A stretch of DNA of 64,000 nt, taken from positions 1,116,001 to 1,180,000 of the forward strand of contig SMSO01000004.1 in the NCBI GenBank assembly GCA_004764695.1, given 5' to 3'. Positions 43,678 to 53,316 of this stretch are shown piece by piece (positions within the stretch are counted from its first letter, which is position 1; each line of letters starts with the position of its first letter). The translations under genes and the position numbers were made by a program. Source of the stretch: Schizochytrium sp. TIO01. Taxonomy: Eukaryota; Protista; Bigyra: Labyrinthulomycetes. Under the pieces are notes generated by a model. It made no database searches and had not been told where the DNA came from. It saw nothing but the letters and a program-made list of their open reading frames with translations.

Positions 43678-44349
43678 TTATGCATGATTGGAGGCAAAGA
43701 GACGCGTGAAAAGAAACGTAAGCATAGGTACAAAAGTACTAGCAACGAAGCGGTTTGTCGAAGAAAAGCACGCGGTTTCACCCTCACTGGCAGGGACAAT
43801 GACAATATCGTAGTTTTCAAAGTACGGTGGTTTGATAGCGTTAAGAAACGCAGTAGCATTTGCAAAGACCTTATTTGGAATAATCACTTGTTGTGTGTCA
43901 CTTGCTTGGTGGTGACCTACTTCCCACACATGAGCAGGGTTCTCAAGAGTTACAAGCGGGTTCTCGATGCCAATGCTAATACCGCAACGTTCAAGGTCCA
44001 TTTCGAACAAAGAGTTCGCGAAGCTCTCACATACTCGGATCTCAGGGCTCGAACCTTCAGAATAAGTATATTCTGGCTGGTCTGGATGGCAGCCAAAACA
44101 AAAGAAATACTCTAACAAAGGATACTCGCGGAGGCAGCTGCTACTAAGTGTCGATTGATAAACTTCTAGGATAGTAGAGTCGTGTCCTGAAACGCAGCAC
44201 GCCAAAGTATTATACTTGTAGCATTGCATTAAGGATGGGTCAGGCTTAGCAGGTTCATTCTGCGTTAACTTGCAAGTGTCATCATTTGCTGCAACGCTGC
44301 ACTGTGGCGTGGCAATCGCCAGCAATAAAATGAGCATCAAGCGATACAT
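43678..44349 (-). CDS. Folate-receptor-like Cys-rich secreted, probably GPI-anchored protein
   Basis: Signal peptide MYRLMLILLLAIATPQCSVA; C..Y...ACC, C...LEYFFCFGCHP.Q and IRVC.SFA..LF; hydrophobic C-terminal tail after CFSS. Confidence 0.75.
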   Translation of the reverse strand: MYRLMLILLLAIATPQCSVAANDDTCKLTQNEPAKPDPSLMQCYKYNTLACCVSGHDSTILEVYQSTLSSSCLREYPLLEYFFCFGCHPDQPEYTYSEGSSPEIRVCESFANSLFEMDLERCGISIGIENPLVTLENPAHVWEVGHHQASDTQQVIIPNKVFANATAFLNAIKPPYFENYDIVIVPASEGETACFSSTNRFVASTFVPMLTFLFTRLFASNHA

Positions 44350-45219
44350 GTTGTTGTCCCGCTGAAGAAACGTCTCGCGCCCTATGCGGAGCCGAGATTC
44401 TGCAGAGAAATAAATTCTCTGTGCACAGGTCAGTGAGAGAGTACTATCTCTAGACCCTGCTTTCCCTGTACCTTCGACTTGAGTTGATAGGGCAAGACCC
44501 CACTGGTCGACGGCTATTTCGCTTCACAAGGGTTCGTTTATTGCACGGCGAAGCCTTTATCTGAGGACGTTTGACACCAAGCGGTAATGATCCGTCTTCG
44601 CTTGGTGCTTTCTATACTGTATAGTAAGAAACTGTCGCTGGCTTTGGAGCTCATCATGTTCACAATGCGGGTCACAAGGTATATCCGTTGGGTTTAAAGC
44701 TTTAAGTTGCTTATAGTCTTAACGTTTATTTAGGGCTCTTATTACCATTAGATGTTGTTGTAAATAAGTGATTAGGAAATAAAAAGGTTATTGAAAAATA
44801 ATCTCTTGTAAGACCCATCACACACACTACAACACATACTTTTTATAAGCGCAACACGAGTAAGGTAGATATGTGTCGCGGGTTGTATGTTACCGTGGCA
44901 AGGAAAAAAAAATGGGCTAGGTACTACTACTGTGTCCTGAAAGACGAAGAGCGCCAGGTATTCCAATTTGTGAAAAATGAACAAGTAAAATGCCTGCCTG
45001 CATGGTGATATTCTGAATGAGAAAAGGGCGGCAAGTTCAGTCGAAACTAGGATTCAAAGCGAAATTATTTTCTTTCTCTTTCAGTTAAAGGATATTGACT
45101 AAAAAACCATATGAGTAATCTTGTCTAGCGCAGATACCAGTGACATGGATAATGCAAAATTCACTACTTATGCTTGTCTGAATGATTGAGCACACAAATT
45201 GTGGGCTCCTGGGTTCAAG

Positions 45220-48200
45220 TTACAACTTGGGTGCTACATCAGAACTGCGTGGAGGGATAAGGGAGTAGTGCTGGCGATCCTTGTGGAAGTCATCTAGGTT
45301 TGCGACACGCTTGAATTTGGGCAACACCGCTGGGTCCAGAACGTTCGGAGGAGGGGCGTGCGGAGGACTTGCTGGTTTGAATGCCGGGCCAAGGGACCTG
45401 ACAGAGATGACACGTAAAGAATTCACATTTGTTGGCAACAACCATTTTTCGTAACACATGACAACCTCTTCGCGTGAAATGCCAAACAATGCGAATGCCT
45501 CACGGCGAGTGGCGTGCCAATCAAATGAGTGATCATCAATGGCACCCCAGATTCTCTTTGATTCTTCCCCTAAACTGGTCTCCTCTTCAAGTTTGATCTC
45601 CACCGCTGTCCGTAGAGCATCGTCAAAGTGTTCTTGGGTGAGCTCCTCCTTCAAAAATTTATAGAATGATTGGAGAAATGCAAAGACATGAGCTTGTAGC
45701 TCCTCATCAGAGTGAGTATCTGAAGTAACACGAACCACGTAACCCAGGACACGGTGCGTAAAGCGCATACTACATGAAACAGAATAACCGAGTTGATACT
45801 TTGTACGAAGAGTATCATAGATAGGCTCTTCCATGAGCTGCTCAATAAGATCCAGGATGATCCGACGGTGAAGACTATCCTCACCAATCTGAAAGTACAT
45901 CTCCAGGGAGTTATTGGCATTATTCGGGTCTCGGCAGGGTTGCTCAACCAAAAGAGCCTCACCAGGCTCCATACGAAGCACAGGCTGTTCAGGAAACTTG
46001 TCACGCGGAAGTGCTTTCACATCAGGGAGGGCCTTGACTCGCTCAGTCACTACCTTGTGTAGCCGTACAGCATCCTCTTCAACAACGTTACCACAGATCA
46101 GACCGTCAACTAGCACTTCTCGCAAGATCTTTTCACGAACAAGAGCAAACATTCCATCCACAGTCTGCAGAGCAGGGTCATCAAGTGCTCGAACAAGAGC
46201 TTGCGGGTCATAGATTTTGGGCTTCAGAGTACGAAGTCGCAGCGCAACAGCATGGTGCCCAGTTTTGTAATTAGAGTTGCGGTACATGCGCAACAGCGAC
46301 TCCCGACGCATCGAGAAGCGATGCGCAGTTTCCTCAGGATCTGTGCTCGGCAAGGCACGAAAAATGTGACGAAGCACGATGTCTACAAGGGTAAAGATAC
46401 GGTCAGAAAAGCCTGCAAAACGCACGAGCAGTCCATTGTCGGACTTGCGCACCTTGTAATCAAGGCTTGCCATTGATGCCATATAAGCCTCATTTGTAAG
46501 TTCATCAGCAATCACACCAATGAACAAGTCCATGGCCACAACATGCAGAGGAGACTCTGTGATGGCTTTGTCTCGTCCACACACAAATGCAAGGGAGATA
46601 TCCGCCTTTGGAGAAGCGAAGACGCGGCTGTGTAGCCAATGAACTTGGACAAGTGGAGTCGAACAGGAAGCGAGGCGCGGTTCATAAAAGTGCGCAAACT
46701 CGGGGCAGCGGTGTGCTACCGATTCTTCATTTTGCATATCAAAAAGCCGCATGGCTGCAGAAGTAAGCTGCTGCCATCCACGCTCTGATTGGCCACCGGC
46801 AATTATTTCTAACTTGTGAGTCTTTGGAGGTGGTTGCGTTGACTACATCAATAACATTTGTTGGTATCGGGCGCGAGTTCCATGCATTTGCAAGGTTATT
46901 GTCAAGTACAAATCGGCGCAGTTCGTCGTCAATGTCATCTTCAACAGCAACTTCAATCTCTGATTTACCTGCATGGAAACTCTGAACAAAACCATACGCC
47001 CAGCCAGGAGACACAGTAACGCGAACAAAGCTTCCTACCAGTGGATGCAGGGCTTCTTCAGGGGGGAAAGTGCGCAGTGACAAATCCTTAGGAACATAGG
47101 GGTTGGGGTCAGGAATCCGCAGTCCGGACTGAGTCTTTGCTGGTGATTGCGAAGTAGCAAATGTTTTGGTATCTTTCAGGACTGTATTCCAGCTGTCAAG
47201 AGTGTCGTTGTCAATTAGACGAATCCAATAAGGAGTTCCGAAATAAGGTTCCTTGAATGGCGCCAAACCTTCCACGAGTGCTGGGTTGTCCTCAAAGTCC
47301 TCTCGGTTGACAGCAGGGACGCCTTCTTCCTTATCATCGTCGTTCTCGTCCTCACCCTCAGATTGCTCATTATGGCCACCAGCCTCCACTTCATCTTCAT
47401 CCAAAATTTCAGCCGCTTCGTCCTTATAATTTCCTCATTGTAATTCTCAGAATCACAGTCATGGTTGCCTTCTTCTACGTCGTTCTCCTCACCATCTTCG
47501 GGTTGCTCATTGCTAGAAGTCGACTTAAAGTCACGGTCAAGACCAAAATAGCTCGAGTTCAGGTCAACGCGCAAGTTCTCAGGGGTCAAGTAAGAAAGAA
47601 CATTTTCTATCTGCTCGGGTTTCCACTCGCGCAACAAATAAGGACCCGTCAAAAGGTCCTCGCGAGCCATCTGGCGATAGTGCAACATGTTGCTACTCAA
47701 CTCTTGCACAATCTCCTCCGGGTCAGACTCTTCAAGGAAGCGGTAATCAACCTCAGCGAGTGACGAAAGTTCATCAAAAACTTCACGACGGGGACCTACA
47801 GCAAGAAGTAAAGCAATGTACTCAAATACAAGAGCAACAACCTGCTTCCACTCACGCATACCCTTTTGTGTGAGCGTGAGATGCACGGGGAACTGAGTAC
47901 AAGCTGTATTCGCTTCATAACCATCATTGCCACTACCAGCCATTAAAGAGGTTGCCCATCCTCGCTCTTTCGCAATCATCAAGATACTACCCTCTGACTC
48001 GTGGCCAATAAGATGGCTCAGGAACTCCTGCGGCCTCGATTTGTACGCAGAAAGCTGGGAGGGAATCTGCCAAGTCATACGCAAGTGGTGCATGTCACGA
48101 ATTGGTACAATATAATGTACGCACTGTAAGGAGATGCGTTCCTCTTGCAACGTCTCCATAGAGACCTCGGCATTCGCAGCCTTCATCTCGGGCGTAGGAG

Positions 48201-49185
48201 CCTGAAACGGAAACCCATGCTTGGAAAGGTTGAGTGGCTCAAAATCCTTTGGGCCTGCGCGAATGCAGCTGCAATGTTCCACAACAAGTTTCTCAATCTC
48301 AGCAAGTGGGAGCGGAGCACAAATCGCAAGCTTCAGGTTCGGTGCGACATAATGCCGATCGTAAAGCTCACGAAGCATGCGCAACGGGTTAACACCATTC
48401 TTTTTGGGGTCTTCACGTAGCGAGCGAAGGTTTCCCCATCCGAATAGGCTAAGTGGGTGTCCCTTGCGCGTAGTACGGCATGCAACTTCTTGCACACGGC
48501 ACGCTTCGCTACTCTTGGACAGCTGAAATTCGCTCTCGATGGCATTAAGTTCACGGTCCACTGCATCTTCAAGCATTAGCGGCTCCACGAAGAACTGTGC
48601 AAAGATATCCAGCGCTTCCGCTAGAGCAGTAACCTTTGACGTAAAGTGAAACGTTGTTTGCTCCCCCTCTGTAAATGCGTTTGATTCTCCTCCAGTGCGA
48701 GAAATGAACGCGTCGAATGCGTTCTCATCTGGATATTTCTTGGACCCCATAAAAAGCATGTGCTCCAAGAAATGCGCAAGACCTTGGCACTCCTCAGGGT
48801 CATAGAATGAGCCGACACCAACGCTCACGCAGACAGCGGCACGCCTCTTTCTGCCACCAACGTCCCCTCCATTCTCCACAGACCCGGAGTCTTGCGAACT
48901 CGACGAAGACACGTCAGAATCCCTGTCATTTTGAGAGTCGTCACCGTGAGCACCAGATGCATCGTCATCTTCGCCGTCAGCAACGGATCCCGTATCTGAC
49001 TCCGCATCGGAGTCATCATCAGATCCGCGGGAGGCGCCGACAGTATCAGAGACAAGCACGCACTCGAGCCCGTTTGCAGCGAGAGTGAGAAGTTTGTAGA
49101 CCTTCTCATCTGTCTCGGGCCGAGAGGCGTTCAAGTCAGGCCCAACATTTACGCCGAGGCTCTCGGGCCAAGCGTCCTTCGCCAT
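45220..49185 (-). CDS. Nardilysin/insulysin-like M16A metalloendopeptidase, split over three ORFs (49185 to ~47433, ~47432 to ~46800, ~46800 to 45220)
   Basis: L.NGL.C.LVSD plus an acidic insert (nardilysin hallmark), VGVGSF.DP...QGLAHFLEHMLFMGS.KYP.EN (HxxEH at 48760-48774), NAFT, ESEF, F.WGN..SL and HLIGHE.EGS. The middle ORF has EPYFGT.Y and L..P..N.YVP.D. The last ORF has F..PK, E.AY.A..A.L.Y and YDTLRTK.QLGY.V. Reconstructed length is about 1320 aa. Confidence 0.85.
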
Positions 49186-49868
49186 CGTACCGAATAAGGC
49201 TCAGAGTACTATTGAAAATCGTGCGGACTGGCGGCGCTGGCGCCCGCGCCGATCGCTTTGGGGTTTATTTGCGATCGTTCATTCTACCATCATCACTCGC
49301 TTCATTCATTCTCTCGAAGTTCCCGAGACGTTCCGTTGCAGTTCTTTGCTTCGAGAGGGCGCGCTGATTCTGACAGATGGTATGACAGAACAGATCATGC
49401 ATTACTCCACGAAGAATAGATGATTGGCCATATACTGTATCATATACTCATAGGAGTTGCGATGTTCAGATAGATCCATGACACTAGATATAGAGTGGCT
49501 GGTTTCAAGATTTTTATATGTATCAACACATTGATTATTCGCAATCGGTGCTTGTCGATTACAAAACTTAAGACTTCACCTTTGTTAATGACTGTGCCTC
49601 GTCTTGATGCTGTAGGCACTTTTCTTTCTCAATATTGTTGACTCCATTTAGGGTCTTCTCATCAAGTAGTTTGAGTTTTTAGATGAAGTATCAAAATAAC
49701 AAAATCTATGAATATGAGGAGTTACAGGAGGTTTTTGTTTTTTTGCGAATTTTGAGATGAATGAAAAGAGTAGCTAATTCTTTATTTTGAACTTTATCCA
49801 TCTACATCTATGGGAATGATGCTGCCAAAAGTCACAGAGGACTCCAAAGTGTTGTATCTTAGGAACAA

Positions 49869-50939
49869 CTAGGGGATCTCCTTTCTTTGTGTTTCTCGTG
49901 CTTTAAGAAAACGGTTCTCTCCGCTTTCAGCTAATTCCGCTTTTAAGGAGTACATGCTGCGATCAAAGTATTCCGGGTAATGGTTTTGTTTACCATCTTC
50001 GGACACTAAATCCAGAATCTCAATACCGGCGAATTTGTTGCGGTCATCATCGTCTTCGTCTTCGTCTTCGTCATCGTCATCGTCTCGTCATCGTCTTCGT
50101 CTCGTCTCGTCATCGTCTTCGTCATCGTCATCGTCTTCGTCATCGTCATCGTCATCGTCATCATCATGATCACCGTCGTCGTTGCCTTCTTCTTCTTCTT
50201 TATTGTCGTCGTCTCCGTCTTTATTGTCGTCGTCACCATCATTGTCTTCAAATTTGTTATCAGAGACATCATCTTCGTCAGTTCGAAGTTGACTTGAAGG
50301 GTTGGGGCTGATGACAATAACTTTGTGATGGCAAGAACAATCGATGTTCTCAAGCGGGCGCTTCTCGCCTACCTTACTGGGCAGGTTATTCTTAGTGTAC
50401 ACGCTCTTTCCATCATCACTATTCATTCCATTGCAGTGAGGGCACCTTGCCGTTTCCGGCGTTATGCGAACTGGAATAGGTTGACCGGCAAGACTCTTAC
50501 GACTCTTCGAAAATTGCAGATAGAGCTGAACTAACATTACCCCAAGGCCTGCGGTCGCAAATCCCGGGTAGATGAAGGTATGGAGCGAAGCCTGGATCGT
50601 GCTAAAGAAGTTCTTTAGGTCTTCAAAGTCTACATCACCAAGGTATGTGGCGACATCGTGTACAACCTTTGTAAGCGATGTATACGTTCCTGGAAAAGTA
50701 TCCACCGATGCGCTGATATGGGTGTAGATTGCACCAGCAATGGTGTGGATGAGCTGCATGCCTTGAATGAGCTTCGCAGCCTCCCCAAATCGTAGTACGG
50801 GATTCACCATGCTTCTAGCGCTTTCGATGTCCTGCGCAGCAACAATCTCCCCCGAGGTCTCTTTGGACTGCTTAGCGCAGCAAAGGTACACCCTGCTGAT
50901 GCCCTGCTCTTCTCGACGGCACGTGATGGTATCTTGCAA
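49869..50939 (-). CDS. Hypothetical protein with a hydrophobic segment, CxxC and a long Asp/Glu tract; apparent internal stop arises from three 1-nt deletions in the repeat
   Basis: 283-aa ORF (first ATG at 50810, true start uncertain). The same frame resumes after the TGA at 50090-50088 and runs DDDRNKFAGIEILDLV...RKEIP to a TAG ending at 49869. Confidence 0.5.
50043..50245 (-). repeat. (GAC/GAT/GAA)n acidic trinucleotide/hexanucleotide repeat
   Basis: tcgtca/tcgtct units on the + strand. Confidence 0.9.
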
Positions 50940-52040
50940 GGCGAACGTGCTCGCGCCGCAACTTTCTTGGTTTGAGTTCCCAGCGATGGAGTTTCGAGTT
51001 TGCTGGACTTCTCCAGTCCATCTTCAATATAGTTCACCCCTTTCTTAGAACTACTTAGGGCGGGTTTGAGAGCGAATTGATTGTTATGATAGTAACTCAA
51101 GGGGGAAGGGGTTTGAGAGCGCTCTCATCACAGCACAAGCTCTGTGCACCCAAGTCTAAAGACGCACGAGCTCACCTTAAGCACGCGGTCGACCTTGTCC
51201 AGATCTTTTTGAGAGCATGATCTGATGCGATGCTAGCGACCTGTTCTAGCACCTATGTTGGGCGCTCGAGGTTACGCAAAACTGAAATGACCTTTTCTTT
51301 TTCTTTATCCAGTTTTACAACAAAACAAATAATACTACGCAGGGCTGTTGTTTAGACTCGAACATCCCTGAATGCGTAAGCGCTACCGATGCTAGGGTTA
51401 AGGTCAGAAACATCAATTGTGGTCACGCATCGCCAAGGTGGCGGAGAGATTGGTCTCTCGAGTTCCAGGTATACACATGGACTTTTGGACTTTTGGACTA
51501 TTTTAGTGCTAGGTAGCTATAATTTATTGCAAGAACAGTAAGAACGAAGAGAACACCTTGTGGGTTTACCGTCGATAAATGCGTTGCGCAACGCTCGTTT
51601 GCGAGTTTTACAACCTTAAAAATCTCTGAGCCGAGCATGGAAAGAAACAGCTAACCCGAGCCCAAAATAAAGCTGCTAGGTGAGGCAGTGTGGCTGGTGC
51701 TCAGGGGGGGGGGCTTCGAGTGGGGTTAGACCCTATTGGCCTGGGAAGAGAGTATTGAACATTCTGGTCTCAAGCCGAGCGGGACTCGTGAAACTTTGGC
51801 TGAGTAACAACAAGACAGGGCTTGTGTTGTTTGGGAACGAGCAAAACTGGGCCAGTGGCATAAAGTCTGCCTGAAAGTTTTTTGTTCGCTCAAGGTCAGG
51901 TGTGGAAGATCTGGCATCGGCAAAGCCAAGTTAAAGGGTTCTTGGTACTTATCTGAATTGCTCGAAGCAATCCATTTCGTCACAAGTGAAATATAAGATT
52001 GCAAACGTTTCAATTGCACAATTGCACTTTAGCAAAGACA

Positions 52041-53072
52041 ATGAACAGTATGTTGGACGACAGCTTTGAGCGCACTGTATACTTCGATAATTCAGGAAAG
52101 GTGAATAACTCTCTTTGTGGAGGCAAATTGGACGAGAGCTTGACATACTCGCCTATTGATAAGGAAAATGAAAGCTTCAACTCGTGGCTCCGCAAGCGTG
52201 GGACTGAAAGTGACGAAGAGGATCATGAAGAGACCATGAGCCTTGGCGCTCCAACGGGTTTGTCATTGGCCGCTGAGCTCGAAGCCATCCGGGAAGAGGA
52301 GGACACTGACCCCGAGGGATTTAGTCTCAGTATGGATCACGCAGATGAAATGGATGGTGACCACGAGGAAGAAACAAAACTTGACGAAGTCTTTGTTACC
52401 CCGTACATTAGTAACGAGCGGAAAATGATTGATCGTACCAAGCGGAGAGCTTCAATTGGACCGGGCACAGCTGGATGGCGACTCAAGTATGATTCTGCTA
52501 TACAACAAATTGGTCATTTGCAAACGACCAACGAGAAACTCCAAGATGAAGTTAGTAAGCTGAAACTTTCGCTAGCCCTTCGAGAGGCTGAGTGCATGAC
52601 AATGCAGGAGCCATTGGCTGGCTCCCGATACTGCAAATCCTCAGCCCAGGTGAACAAATCTAATAACATCAGCACGAACGAAAACACAGCGCCAACAAAT
52701 GCTGTCACTACAGTTGTCGTGAAGGATAAGGATTCTTCTAAAGAAAAAAGAAAAAGGCTTGCTAATTCAGCTCCCCTCAAACTGACCGAAAAGAAGTTAG
52801 ACACTGCGGATACAAAGAAAGACAGTAGTAGTCGCCCTCCATTGGTGCCTCGCAAAGAACCTACACCGAAGGCGCCAGTGCCACAGAGCAATTTGGGTGC
52901 TCGAACAGTTGACTTTGCAGAGCTCTTCCATGACCTTATTGAGAGTGAATCATTTCAACTTGTTGGCTCAGGAGAGTCAGTCCTTGACCAACTATCTGAG
53001 CAATGCCGCCGTGATGTAGTCACCAGGTACTGTGACCTTCTTGAAGCTCTCTCTGGTGAGATGGACTACTAA
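52041..53072 (+). CDS. Hypothetical protein with an acidic N-terminus and a central coiled coil
   Basis: 343-aa ORF from ATG 52041 with coding-like composition and heptad segment WRLKYDSAIQQIGHLQTTNEKLQDEVSKLKLSLALREAE. No family recognised. Confidence 0.65.
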   Translation: MNSMLDDSFERTVYFDNSGKVNNSLCGGKLDESLTYSPIDKENESFNSWLRKRGTESDEEDHEETMSLGAPTGLSLAAELEAIREEEDTDPEGFSLSMDHADEMDGDHEEETKLDEVFVTPYISNERKMIDRTKRRASIGPGTAGWRLKYDSAIQQIGHLQTTNEKLQDEVSKLKLSLALREAECMTMQEPLAGSRYCKSSAQVNKSNNISTNENTAPTNAVTTVVVKDKDSSKEKRKRLANSAPLKLTEKKLDTADTKKDSSSRPPLVPRKEPTPKAPVPQSNLGARTVDFAELFHDLIESESFQLVGSGESVLDQLSEQCRRDVVTRYCDLLEALSGEMDY

Positions 53073-53316
53073 GATTGTCATATTCACAAGATATTGTGTA
53101 AACCATGTAAAGGGCTAAATTTAGAAAAAAGCAAAAACAAAAAAAACCTTTAGCATACCGATAAAGGTTAACAAAAACGACATAATAATATATAACAGGT
53201 AGTGATACAACAATTTGAAGAAACTATTGAACTAATCAAGCGACAAAGATTTCTTTACTTTTTTTCAATCAATCTATCTTTCTATTGCTTCATGAAAGGT
53301 TTGACGGACATTATTT

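Noticed and set aside
50088-50090. In-frame TGA as selenocysteine or readthrough
   Set aside because: It arises from an out-of-phase GAT/GAC repeat; no redox-motif context or recognisable SECIS
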